Source: Octopus sinensis (taxonomy: Eukaryota). Taken from it: a stretch of DNA of 64,000 bases. Where the stretch lies: the NCBI RefSeq assembly GCF_006345805.1, contig NC_043008.1, forward strand, positions 45,880,001 to 45,944,000, read 5' to 3'. The translations under genes were made by a program, and so were the position numbers. Under the pieces are notes generated by a model that searched no databases, was not told the origin of the DNA, and saw only the letters and a list, made by a program, of their open reading frames with translations. Within the stretch, counting starts at the first letter, position 1; every line of letters starts with the position of its first letter. This document shows positions 42,565 to 56,300 of this stretch, piece after piece.

Positions 42565-42596
<32 letters not shown>

Positions 42597-42626
42597 ATAT
42601 ATATATATATATGTATGTATATAGAA

Positions 42627-42743
<117 letters not shown>

Positions 42744-42791
42744 AAACAAGTCAAGATAGAAAATGCTAAAATAATTTTATAAAGAACATTT

Positions 42792-42829
42792 CGGTACCGG
42801 TTTCTGTCATTTTGAGACTTTTTCAACTG
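42792..42829 (-). ncRNA. Hammerhead-like motif with U3:A8 core in a short PLE-like terminus (~42740-42900)
   Basis: Minus strand CAG-TTGAAAA-A-GTC-tcaaaat-GAC-A-GAAA-CCGG-TA-CCG; terminus abuts (TA)n. Confidence 0.5.
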
Positions 42830-44264
42830 TAACGATTGAATAATTCAATTTAGAAAAATTAAAAGAAAAGTTTTTTAAAGGAATATTTGTATAGTGTTCA
42901 AATATAAGTGGCATTTTCCTTGTGTCTGCCTTTCTCTGTCTCTCCAGAAAGAATCAACTCCTCCTCCTACAACTCATCATCATTTTCATCAACAGCAATA
43001 ATGATAACTTTCAAACTAAATACTGCACAATGTGATTTCCAGCCTTTTCCAGCCCTTAACTAATGCTCGATTCTAATTGGACAAGATTTACCAAAGTGTA
43101 AACTTGCATTATTTCCGAAAATCCGTGCTCAGTAGCGCTGGCAAAAATCAAGGCTTTGTGTGGTACTGCCTGTACCAAACAGAAATCGATCTTTCCTGAT
43201 AAGCTATTGTGACAACGGTAACTCTTCTTACAGGTACAACTTTACAGGCTAAACTATCAATTGCTCGTAATCATTGCGCTTATTTTTCTGTTTCTTACAG
43301 TAAACAAGTTTTCAGTATTACTACGTACTTGTACAAAAAGTGACAGAATATAGACTGTCACCCGCTATGATGCCCGGGACTGCACTAATATATGACACAA
43401 ACCACGACATAATAAAAGTAAAGATATTTTGATTTTTTAATTCTATACAGTAATTTATAAATATGGTGAATACGTAAATGAAACTATATATTTTCATTCT
43501 GAAGGTTATACATTTTTATGATGGATGCATTCACATGTATTTACGCCTCATAATATACAGGCATCTGTACATTCTTACATACAAACATTCATAAATGTAA
43601 AGGAGTTATTGCATAAATATTTTGCATCTCTATCGTATCTAAGCTGTTGAAATCACAGGATGAGACGGGACTGCCTAAATGTTGAAACTATAATGAAATC
43701 CATTATGTAGCTGATGGTGGATATATACATTGTGTTCTTGTGGTTCTGCGTTGTTTATACTTCTTATTTGAAATTCTAAATCTTGTAGAGCTTTTAGGCG
43801 TTTCTAGTTTGTGAAGATACTCAGTATAGAAGACAACAGTGCACAAATGATTCAAACTTAAACTCCGATATCTTTACAAGGGATCCGTTATTAACGTCCA
43901 AGCAGCTGTACCTAATATTAGCGACAGTAATAAAGGTTTCAGTGTGGTCAACTGTAATTTGCCTTTGTTTATTGATATCTATCCTGGCTTCATTTAACAG
44001 AAGACATCATATTATCATAACGTAAACCGTATTTCATACGACAACCAAACATCCTTATTGCTAAAGAGGGATCAGATTGTGCAGCAGATATGGAGGCAAT
44101 TATGCGGATAAACAAATTATATATATTACATATATACAGTTTGGGTATGAAATGCAATATATGTATATATACGTATACAGGAAAAACGAAAGAGAGAGGG
44201 GGAGTGGATTCCTTTAGGCGATGGATATTTAAGTATGAATATATAGAAATATTTGAAAACAGAT

Positions 44265-45600
44265 CTAGCTAACACAGAGTAGAAACTACAGAGCACACGT
44301 GAATTCTTTCTACAACCCAAATTCTAAATTATCTACCTCCTTAGCAGCTTATTTAAACAACCACAAAATCCCATGTTCGTCATAAGTGCGACTCCCCATG
44401 CAACACAAACCCGGTATTTGTAAATTATGTTTAAGGGGATTGCTAACCATCCTTTGCAACTACAACCCCTCATTACTTAATAGGGTTTTAGATGTAATAG
44501 TCTCTTGTAAACACAGGTTCTACTCACCATTCTCACATTTTATTGAATTTATATAATCTCATAGCTGTGATTATCCTTAATTATAATTAACCATTGGGTA
44601 CCACTAGGTCAGCCTAGCAACTTACCCACTCTGCTAACACCACCCTTCCAACTAAATTATTCCTTCCCATGATTACCTTTTCAAATTCCTGCAACCCACC
44701 ACGTCCCACCTCCCTCACAGCCACCCCATCCTCACAAATGGTATTGTATCCTAATTCTCTCCCTTTTCCTATTCAACTGAAAGCACTTAAATCTATCTCT
44801 CTGAAATAGCTACTAACCTATCAACCTCTTCCTCCCTCTCTATTTAACTCCCTCTGTTCAATTTCATGCACCTCTACATTCCTCAGTACTTCCTCTCCAT
44901 TACCAACATTATTCTACTAATCCCTGCTACATCGATCACCGACTCAAACCCACCATCTCACTCTGTCCACCTCCCTATATCTTCTCTCATACCTTTCTAC
45001 ATATCCTATAAATCTCCCTCTGCCACTGAATTTTACACTTTCCCTTCCTCAAATAACTGTCATTCCTATTCTCACTATCTCAACTTCCAATAATTCTATA
45101 GAATTTATCCCTAAACCTTGACACATATACACAAACGCAACGGCAGACCACCATTCAATTACTACACCTCCCACTCCTTCTGCTCATCTCCTAATTCCCC
45201 ATCCATACTGCCACTCCCTTGATACCCTCATTATTAACGGCCTCACTCTTCCTGAACTGGTTTTCTTACCTCCTCTCGCAATTCTCTGTCTTAACACTCC
45301 TCATAACCCCACTAATCTTCCTACTTCTTTCCACTAATACGGTTAGCTCTGCACACTTCATGATTCCACCTTTGAACTTATTAACATTTGAAATGTAAGA
45401 TCTTCTCAACCCTGATGTCGGAGGATTGATTTATCCAATGTTAATTCCTTCCACTATGGCTGTATATTGTGATGAACTACACTTAACAAAATTATGATAG
45501 ATTTACGAGACCACAGAAACGGATGTTGGACTTATAACACCTCTTACTTGCCTATCTATCAATATAAGTTTCAATATATTTATACTTAAATATTCATCGT
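44265..45600 (+). mobile_element. Naiad-like PLE 3' remnant (GIY-YIG C-terminus plus pyrimidine-rich UTR)
   Basis: RNYRAHVNSF..STSLAAYL then CKLCLR..L.I...LLNR..D...SCKHR at 44285-44520. Confidence 0.6.
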
Positions 45601-45717
45601 CTGAAAATTTCCGCTTTCGCTCTCTCTCGTTTTGCATGCATACATATATTAGATGTTCTGTATTTCTTACCCAAACTGCTGCATTTAAAATATCTTATTT
45701 GTTAATCTGCATAATTA

Positions 45718-45748
<31 letters not shown>

Positions 45749-45790
45749 CCTCTGTGTACCTCTGTATATATACACACAATCACATATATA

Positions 45791-45835
<45 letters not shown>

Positions 45836-45848
45836 ATGTTTATATATA

Positions 45849-45885
45849 TACTAGCAGCATAGCCCGGCGTTGCTCGGGTATGTAA
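45849..45885 (+). mobile_element. Helentron/DINE-like terminus
   Basis: TACTAG-N8-CCCGGCGTTGCTCGGG hairpin directly after (TA)n. Confidence 0.45.
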
Positions 45886-46476
45886 GAGCCCCTAGTAGGG
45901 AACGACTAATCCCAATCTAGTCCTTTCCCTCTAAGGAACGAAGGCGCATGTGTAGGTTACAATGTCTTCTCTTCACTCCCAAATAACTATCAAACAGCTA
46001 TCGATAATTCAACCCAACCAATTCCTACCAGGAAGAAATTACATTCGAGACATTACCCCCAACACTGCCACTTCTGCTAATAGCTGCTGCAGCCGCAAGT
46101 TATTCGAATACTTTTTTTGTTTAAACTTTCTTTATAACTACCATCCCAAACGTTTTACCTTAAATTTTTGACGTACCCTAAGGGTCCTCGGACGCTACTT
46201 CCAAACTCTAGGTTTATTATAAACCGCTTGTGTCGTGTGCACCAAAAAACCTTTTCCATTCGTTTGTTCAGATTAGTCACTTTTGACTTTTTCGTTGTTG
46301 TCACTCACATTGCTGCCCGCTTTTTTGCCGTTTTTGTACATTTTTATACATTTTGGAATACTTACCCAACCTGTTCCGAGAGTTAAAAAGGTCGAGTTGC
46401 CTCCCCTAGACAGTCTGTGGTTTGTGTTTAATACACAAATCGGTTTGCTATGTGTGCCACATATGATTTAATTAAC

Positions 46477-47660
46477 CATCAGGTCTCGGGAGTGGCCATG
46501 GGAACGCGAATGGGCCCCAACTATGCGAACCTGTTCGTTGGCTATGTTGAGGCCCAAATATTCTCTAATTTCACTGGTCCCACTCCTGAACTATATGGTC
46601 GTTACATTGACGACATTATCGGTGCCACCTCACTCTCCCGTGAACATCTAGATTCCTTCCTCTCTTTCGTCCAATCTTTCCATCCAGCCCTCCACTTCAC
46701 TTCCACTATCTCCAACACCTCTGTCTCCTTCCTCGACATTTCGGTTAGCATTCTTCACTCCACTCTTACCACCTCCATTCACTACAAACACACAGACTCA
46801 CACTCATACCTCAACTTCTCTTCCTCCCACCCAGAACACACCAAGCTTTCGATCCCCTATTCCCAATTCCTCCGTCTACGTAGGCTCTGTAGTGACGACC
46901 ATGACTTTGAGACTCAGTCTCAACGTATGGCTCACCACTTCACCCTACGTGGATACCCCTTCACCACTATCCACACCACCCTTGCCAGAGCACGGTCCGT
47001 GGACCGTGTATCTGCTCTCTCTCCCCGAACCCGCCCTGTAGTCTCCCGCCTCCCTTTTCCCCTCACTTACCACCCCACGACCCTACCTCTCCAACGCACC
47101 ATTCTTCGAGCTTTCCGTCATCTCCAGTCCGACCCGTCCACTTCAAACCTCTTCCCTAACCGACCCCTCCCCTCTTTCAAACGAGCCCACAACCTTCGAG
47201 ACCTTTTGGTCCATAGCTCCTTCCCTGACCCTACCTCCCAACCCGGCTCGTTCCCCTGCTCCCGCCCACGTTGCCGCACTTGCCCTTACCTCTCCAACAC
47301 CACCCTCCTCACTAGCACCCATCTTCGACCCTATCCCATCATCCACTCCTTCACCTGCACCTCCAGCAATATTATCTATTGCGTCTCTTGCTCTCTCTGC
47401 CATTCCTTGTACATCGGACAAACGGGACGCCGCTTGGCTGACCGGTTCGCGGAACACCTTCGTGACATCCACCTTGCGAACGACACACCGGTCTCACGCC
47501 ATTTCCGCTCCACCGGTCACTCCTTGCAACACCTATCTGTGTTCGGTTTGTCCTTACACAGAGGCCATCCGGATTCCCGTTTGCGCCGTGAACAGGAATT
47601 AATCTTCTCTCTTCGCTCTTATACGCCATTTGGTCTCAACTCTCCCCCCTCCTCATATAA
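46477..47660 (+). pseudogene. PLE reverse transcriptase (C-terminal half), Cys linker and GIY-YIG endonuclease
   Basis: GVAMGTRMGPNYANLF, RYIDD, FLD, SHP..K.SIPYSQFLRLRRLCS, CSRPRCRTC, IIYC..C..C..LYIGQTGR..RFAEH, PFGLN. Confidence 0.95.
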
Positions 47661-48653
47661 CCCCCTCTCCCCCCTCCTCACCTACCTTTCCTCCCCGACC
47701 CCTATTTCTTCAGTCCTTCATCCTTTCACCCCTACTCCCCTTCCCTTCTTCCCTCTTTCTCCCTCCCTCCTTCTCCCTCCCTCCTTCCTTCCTCCCCTTC
47801 CCTATCTCCTCTACTCCCTCACCCCCTTCTCTCTCCACCTCTCCCTCTTTTTTCCTTCCTCCACCCCTTGCTTCTCCCCCTCCTCTCCCCCTCCCCCTCC
47901 CCCTTCTTCTCCTCTCCCACACTACACCACACGACTTTACACATCACATCATATATAATGTGCCATACTAATACATACACCAACTAATACATACTAATAC
48001 TACTATACATACTAATACATACTAATACATACACCAACCCTATACATACACACGTCCAGACCTCTCATACGCACTAATACTCTCTCATACACACACCACC
48101 ACACACCACCCTTATACATACTAATACGTACTAATACATACTAATACATACTAATACATACTAATACATACACCAACCCTATACATACACACGTCCAGAC
48201 CTCTCATACGCACTAATACTCTCTCATACACACACACACACACACACTCCCTTATACATACTAATACATACTAATACATACACCAACCCTATACATACAC
48301 ACTCTCATACGCACTAATACTCTCTCATACACACACACACACACACACACCCTTATGTTGGAGCTGGTCATTCAACCCTATTATCTCCCCTAATTTCGCT
48401 CTCGCGTCTCATGTTTGATCTTTGAATTCTGGCCGAAATCAGATCGCCATGTTGATTCGTTAGTTACTGCACGCATTTTTTTTCTCTCCTTCTTTCTGTG
48501 TTTTTTTCTCTCTGTGTATCTTTCTGTTGAAGAGCGTAGGCTCGAAACGTTAAAGACTTGTTTTTTTTTTATTTTCTTGAGCGCCATACTAATACAATTG
48601 TTTGTTTGTTTTCCACCTGCGTTCGCTTTTGTCTATTTTCATAAAGCTTCCCG

Positions 48654-48655
<2 letters not shown>
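46477..48655 (+). mobile_element. Neptune-type Penelope-like element, 5'-truncated
   Basis: RT plus GIY-YIG ORF, pyrimidine-rich and decamer-repeat UTR, pLTR with hammerhead-like motif, ends at (TA)n. Confidence 0.95.
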
Positions 48656-48739
<84 letters not shown>

Positions 48740-48746
48740 ATATATG

Positions 48747-48838
<92 letters not shown>

Positions 48839-48863
48839 TATATATATATATATAATATATTAT

Positions 48864-48897
<34 letters not shown>

Positions 48898-49250
48898 TAC
48901 ATATAAGAACGTGGAGAAACAAATATCGTTTGTTCATCAACTTACGGATATTATAATGTTGGATTATTTATTCATTTTACAAATGTGAACATCAAAACCA
49001 TACAAAAATATTATATATATCAATAGATAAGATAATAATACAAATACAGATTTTAAAAGTCATATTATAAATTAATGAAATCATGAAATCCCATAGTGGG
49101 TTACACCCATAACCCCTTGCTTTGTATTATATATATATAGATATATATATAGATATAGGATGAAATATAATTAATTTAATAAAATCAACAAATTTCACCT
49201 AGTAGTATTTCGGTATGGAAAAGGACCATATTCGGTAAAAACTTATATTA

Positions 49251-49666
49251 TTATAACAATAAGGGTTTTTGTAACAAGTTACTTAACCACATACCGACAA
49301 TTTTAGAAATAGCAGCCCGAGTTCACTTGTCTATATAAATGTGGATATGCTGATTAGCTTTTATATGTTTCGATGTCGTTTGATCGGAAATATAGGAGGT
49401 AAGTTTTCCTAGCATTTCTAGATTTATCGGAATATTTTGTTGATGAAAGAAATGAGTCTTATGATTCTAATCCAGAAATGTACGTCCATAATTAACCGAA
49501 GACTGTTTGATTTCATTATTTTTCTTCTTTTTTGCCATATCTAAGTTACAAATATTGGTGTATGTGGGGACATGTTTTTGTAGTAAAAGGAAATAGTAGT
49601 CCTTTGGCTGCTATTTCAAAAATTTTCGGTATGTGGTTAAGCAACTTGTTGCAAAAACCCTTATTG

Positions 49667-49671
<5 letters not shown>
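49251..49671 (+). mobile_element. Non-coding PLE-like pLTR with inverted end and hammerhead-like motif
   Basis: 49251-49317 is an inverted copy of 49606-49671; ATTTTG-TTGATGA (49440)...GAAA-TGTACG-TC-CATAAT (49475-49492). Confidence 0.7.
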
Positions 49672-49738
<67 letters not shown>

Positions 49739-51519
49739 ATGTATACATACATAAGAAGTAATTCAAATTCAGTTGATTTAGGTAGTTAAGTAGAAGCACA
49801 AAGTCAGTCCGGTGACATGCGCACATCTTGAACGTTTCAAGCTCGGCTCCATTTAATTAAACAATGCAATCATTACCTCAACTTAAATACAGTGTTATCT
49901 TCAGCTGCAAAAAAAATATGGAAGTTCAACAGACAAGATACATTATTATAATTTTTCTTAGATAATTTAACACAGCAAGATGGAAGAAATTCATGTTGTC
50001 GTTATTGTAGTAAGAATGGCTAAGAAAACTGTAATTTCTTAGAATAGCATGGCGCATAGTGGGTTCATAGGGTTGTAATTCATTTCCAATTTACTTATCC
50101 TTTTATCATCTACTAAAATCTGAGGCTAGAAGACAGTGTATGTTTAGAATAAAGCGCAAATGTGAGTTGACAGCTCATAGATATTGTCAACGGTAACCCA
50201 TTTACCCACAAGAAAAAAGAAGCAAAGCTTTAGAAAGAGTCAATTAGATAGAAGTGGCAGGGTAGGGTTGACGTTAATTCATAATTTATTACCAGTTAAA
50301 GGACTAATGCACTATGAAACTTAAGGTGTTATAATGAGATACAGGGAAAATATTAGGGGCTCGATTGGGGAACGTTTATATACGTTTAAGGTTGTATAAA
50401 AATAAAATAATTTTTTTTAAATTGCAAGAAAATGATATCGTAACCGAAATAGCTCAAATGTGTGTATTTATCGAATATAAACATTAAAAGGAAGATTACT
50501 ATTATGTAGAATAAATCTAATACCTCCTCTTTACTTAATTAGTTATTCGGTGGTCTCTATAAAGATCACTCAAACCACTTACATATGGAATATCTGGAAA
50601 GATATATATATATACTACCTATTGATTTGAAGCAGAATAATACGATAATGATAATAAATAGATAGACATAATTAAATATATTAGAAAATATGTACTGATA
50701 TAAGTAAGTGTAATAGTATAGAAATAATGCGTACAGATACATATACAAAAAAGGACTTTAATACACACACACACATAGACACACACACATACACACACAC
50801 ACACCACACACACACACACACACATACACACATATATGTATATGTAATTGTGTCTGTTGTTCATTTAAATGGAACCGCTTGAAATGGTCGTACTGCATTA
50901 TACTTGAAATCCTGTTGCTTATATTGATATATGTATATATATATATATATTGAGTAGATATGTGTAAGAGTAATTATAGATGAAGATCATTTCGTTATAT
51001 ACAAATTACATATGCTGAAAACTGACAATGATATAGTGAAGAAACAAATGTTGAGAAAGATGTATGACCTGTCTATATCTTATTTACTTATATTCTCAGA
51101 AGGAAGCCACGCTAGCTTCTTTGTTTTGTACTCGATATGTTGTGGCAATAAACGTAAATTATGAAATTAAATATCAAAAACGATAATGCAGCATCAATTT
51201 TTCATCTTAGAAAATATGTCTAGAATAACATCCTGTGTTCTGTAGATAATATCTCTTATCAATTTCTAACTATATTGAGAAACTCAGACATTTAGTTGAC
51301 TCTGTAAAACATCATAAATCTGTGATTGGTGATGTTCTTTAGAATCTGATTCTTACAGAGTATGATACCACTCTGATAACAATGATATATGCCTCGTTTG
51401 CGAAGAGAATTTATTTTCTATTGCAATATCATATGTATGTGTGTAGCTGTGTATGTGTGTGCGCGCGCGCACGTGTTTATCCATATGTGTGCATTTATAT
51501 ATATGTATATAAAGCAGAA

Positions 51520-51960
51520 ACCTGGACGCCTTATCGCAAGCTCATCAGTCTATAGCGTTTATATGAGATGTTTTAGGCAAATACGTATGGTAAAGTGCGT
51601 TGATAGAGTAAAGAATATCACTATCCTGGAAATGTGTGGAATAGTCAGTATAGAAGCTTTCCTAATCAAACCTCAGATGCGATGTTGCGGAGACATCCTT
51701 TGCATGAATAATGGACCAATACGAAAACAAATCATTTATGGTCAGCTTGTAAATTCAGGACGCAATGCACGTCCAATTCTACGGCATAACCACAAATTCA
51801 ACGATAATTTGAAATGCTGAATATTAGGAAAGAAACTGGGAATCTTGCAAGACATTGTACTGACTGGAGGAGTGGGTACGTTTACCAGTTTCATCATTCC
51901 GAAATTCAAAAGGTACCTCTTCAGAAACCGTTACGGGAAAATAGGAAACTAAACAAAAGA
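51520..51960 (+). mobile_element. RTE-clade LINE 3' fragment
   Basis: MRCFRQI..VK..DRVKN..ILE.CGI.SIEAFLIK.QMR..G....M...I.KQIIYGQL resembles the RTE/BovB RT C-terminus. Confidence 0.8.
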
Positions 51961-52674
51961 ACAACAGTGTTCCTTCAAATCAGAATCATCCGCGTCATAG
52001 TTTTTCAACTAGGAAGCGTGCTGGTTTAATAAGTTGTATTCCTCTCCGTATTACTGTTGCTAGCCTGAGAACTCACATGAAGAGTCAGCAGGTGATGTGA
52101 ATGAATTTTAAAACCCGGTAAATAAGAGTAACCTAAGTGTGCTATTGATTGTCTATTTGGTTGGGTTTTTTTTCTGTCTTGTCGCTGAACACTCATACAG
52201 CATCTTCGACGAGAGAGTTCGAGATACATCCATAATATAAAAACAGTATTGTATTAATGAATAAATATATGAAGTATAACTGAGATTATTTAAAAATGGC
52301 TTGAGATATCTTACGATCGTTTCATGAATGTATTGCTTTTCGAAGTGAAATCCAAATGTAGTAATCGTTATTAGGTAGAACATCTACTTATCAGAGAAAA
52401 GAATGAATTTCGGTGTAGCGAATCGAATGATAGAGATGATATTTAAAATCGTGTGATAAATGTGTTATTTTAAATGTTATTGGTATAAATGCATATTGGT
52501 ATAAACTTAGGCTAAAAATTTCGAAAAAATATAATATAAATCCATGTTAAAATCTTTTGTAATAATCCGTAATGGCTATTTTCTTCAATATGTATTCCAT
52601 ACTTATCGATTACATACATATATCGGTACATCTCCAGACTGGAGATGAAGAAAAATGGTTGGCCATTTCTCTTA

Positions 52675-52886
52675 AAACAATTATGATTTCCGATGAACTT
52701 TTGACAAAGCAGTACATGTTTTCTCCTATCAAATACTGTCTACAAATTCTTTCTGTACATATGCTTATAAACAATTATGATTTCTGATGAACTTTTGACA
52801 AAGCAGTACGTTTTCTCCTATCAAATACTGTCTACAAATTCTTTCTGTACATATGCTTATAAACAATTATGATTTCTGATGAACTT
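52675..52886. repeat. ~93-bp tandem duplication (2.3 copies)
   Basis: Units begin AAACAATTATGATTTC at about 52675, 52768 and 52861. Confidence 0.9.
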
Positions 52887-53100
52887 AAAAACAATTATGA
52901 ACTTAATTTACTGCCTATTTTGAACACTTTTATGTAAACTGTTTAAACACAAAGTCTCTCTTAACATTGTCAAGGATTCGATTTCTTAACATGTTCGTAT
53001 CATTGTCAAATACTCTATCACTGTTTTTTTTTAACTAATGTATTTTAACTATGTTAACTCATTTTTAACACCTCAAAGGCTACACAAAGCCTTGCACTTT

Positions 53101-53142
53101 ACTTTTGAAAATCATTTAAAAAAAATGTGAAACCGGTCAATT
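53101..53142 (+). ncRNA. Hammerhead-like motif with U3:A8 core in a PLE-like terminus (~52900-53195)
   Basis: ACTT-TTGAAAA-TCAT...ATGT-GAAA-CCGG-TC-AATT, about 55 nt upstream of (TA)n. Confidence 0.5.
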
Positions 53143-53239
53143 CAATAAACACCTTTTAAAGATCTCTGCATTTTCAAATCATCCCCTACATATGCATGTA
53201 TATATATATATATATAATATATATATATATAATATATAT

Positions 53240-53332
<93 letters not shown>

Positions 53333-56300
53333 ATATATGATATGATATGATATGATATGATATGATATGATATGATATATTATGCAGTTATATAGTTGTT
53401 CTTAAACATGTTGAAGTTATATTCTTATGGCTAACCTACACTAATCGTTGTCATTGGGTCTGAGCGTTTCTAAACACTTAGTAGAATCTCTTTATTTAAT
53501 GATAACGATAATAATTCATCTTAGGTTCCTTGAATTGGACGACAGGAATGTATATTTTTGGCAATGTTCGGATGTTCTTCATTTGGCATGTATTAAAGAT
53601 AATCCATATCTAAATAACGTTTTAAGTCATCTGCTGAACAGTTAACCTATGTATTTGTGTAAAAATGTATAATTATTTATCATCTATAATCGATGTTTTA
53701 TTTATTCGGCTACTTCAATAAATTATAGGTTAACTGAAAATTTCTTCAAGAAAATTACCATGCATACCACAAAGCGGTCCATATTGATTAACTCTCTAGC
53801 TAATAATCAAGTGCATGGTAGAATAGCTGCAACCTGTAGCACAATGCTGTTAAATATAGCTTATTACATGGAGTTACTTTGTTTGATCAAATCTGAATTG
53901 CGGCTTACCTACTGCCTTTACAGAATCAATATAAAGAAAATTTTACTGTAATATCTTATTCAATGGAGTATTATCCAGAGAAATTTTAAGACTTTGCCTG
54001 TATAACAAAATATTATTAATAAGATATTTCTGTAAATAAATAAATATATATCTTCATCATGTTGGAGTTCATGAGATCTGAGTAAATTATTTTGTGTCGT
54101 GGGGTGGATAGAAACCTGATATTTCTCCTGTGTCCATAAATCTGAGTATAACTATGTTTATCGGTGGGAACTTTGGCGATCATATCTCAAGTAGTACTTG
54201 GCCATACATTGATTGTAATGATGAGCAATCGGTTGTTGAATGAATTTAACATCCTGATCATGAAATTGACTTGTAAATGTCCGTGTCTTCCAGGTAGACG
54301 CGTACCATTATCGTAATTCTCATGCTGATTTATCAAGTAAATGTATGTGCCAAGGCGAAACTTATCTTACAAGTTACATCTATCCGAATGAATTTCCCAC
54401 AGCTTCCGATTATTCAGTGTCACTTCCAAAAGTTGAGTTCAGCTGATGATGAGGTAAAAGACAGCTTTGCATGATGCAACACAACGAGATCAAACGAAGA
54501 GATTCTTTGATGTCAAACGAAGATCTTAACAACAAAATAGACCTGACAACATTGAAATGCACTTTCAAATTGTGATCAAAAGAATGTGTATTAAATGACA
54601 ATTTGGTTAAATCCATTGAAAAATATTTATGGGAAGTTATTGATATCATTTAATGATCTGTTATTTTTAAAGTTTAATTCATTAACTCCGTGAAAATATT
54701 CATTCAAGAATCTTTCTGTAATATGTGTTAAACGAGGGAACTTTCCCAACTCATCTAAAGTGTGTAAACAATGTGTTCGGGTGGAAAGGAAGCAGGCGTA
54801 CCGAAATTCCCTGAATGAACAATGACTTATACAAAGAGAAAGCATTTTTCTATACAATGTCAAGCCTGGTAATAGATATTCCGAAAACACTTTGTAATAA
54901 ATGACAGACAACAAAAATATCTACTTAACTTCAAAGACAAGAACAGAGAAATGAAGACATCTTCTGCAGAAAAGTGAAGACGTTCATGCACCGCTTGTAT
55001 CATCATCTTCAATGAGAGAATTAACTCCAGACTTTCTTGCTCTCAGCCAGAGAGCATCGATTTAATTCTCTAAAAGAAGTCAGCCTCTGTCTTTCATGCA
55101 TGCTTCTTCCCAGCAATTCTCTGATTTTTAACTGCAATCTGACTTTCAGGAAGAAATTTTTTTTTCGAAATGTAACGGTAGACACGGAGAAGCAAAATAA
55201 ACATTTTGATAGGAAACAAAGAGAATTTATAATATTACCATTTCTATCCGACATCGTAACAAAATATCGTGCTCTCCGCTACGTTCGCATTTAAGAAGGA
55301 GAATGTTAGTTCAACTAGTTTGGGTCATGTGACTTTAATGTAGGCAAACAATATTTGACAACAAAATAGCAAAAGCCCTTTTTACGGAAAGCTTTCCGTA
55401 CCCTCTTTCTACAGCTATATGCTCTTCTCACTTGTGTTATATGAACCATCTTGTCATATTTTTTTTCTTTCAGAATGAACGTGTTTTTATTGTCTTTGGA
55501 TATAATTTCAGCATTTGCTTATTCAATCTCACATCATCTGAATATACTTTACTTCAAGTGGTTCTCTTATCTATCTCCAACAATAAGTTGCTTAACATAT
55601 GCCGCTGCTACTTCCATCTAGGAATTCCTTTTATTCTCATGCATTCATTTTGAACAAGTGCAGGAGAAATATTGTTTACAAGTTATGAAGAACTACCAGG
55701 CTTTCTTAGGCGAACTTCAGTTCTGAATTACTAATAATTTTTTTTTATATCATCTATATAATTAATTTTGTATGTAGAAGGCATACTATCGATTTTTTTT
55801 CAGAACACTTAACTATAAAACTTCCGAGGTTTTGAAATTCGTTTGGACACTTTTATTACTGGCAATTATGAATGAAGATGCCATGACTTATAAATAATAT
55901 ATGGTTTCTCACGCTACAAAACCTGCTTTTATATTGCATCCAATACGACATTCACTGAATAAATATTCAGAAAGAATCTGTTTTCTTTGTCTACTTTATT
56001 ACCAATACTGACTGATTTATTATTTACATTCCAGTATTTCAGAAAATATCATGAAAAACCATACTCCTGGAAAGTATTTTGATGTTATATTAATATATAG
56101 GTTTGCAATCCAATAAATCTCCTTCTCGAGTGAATGAACGAATTCAAATCTTTGTAGCATTGCATCGATACGACCAACTGCAATTGTAGCATCACAATAA
56201 TGGCTCTCGTAAGTCGTTTTGGCTGGCAGAGATTACCGAACTCTCTGTTAGATTTGTGTTATTTTACAGCTTGTCATCGTATTAAATGAAACGTGAAATG

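Noticed and set aside
45405-45535. CTGATGT...GAAACGGATGTTGG as the hammerhead of the Naiad-like remnant
   Set aside because: Core and stem III are too degenerate to support, although the position is plausible
52675-52886. CTGATGA within the 93-bp tandem repeat as a hammerhead or CRISPR-like array
   Set aside because: No GAAA-stem III-UH partner and no unique spacers; a simple tandem duplication
54060-55300. Non-repetitive stretch with several 77-95 aa ORFs
   Set aside because: Stops in all frames and no recognisable motif
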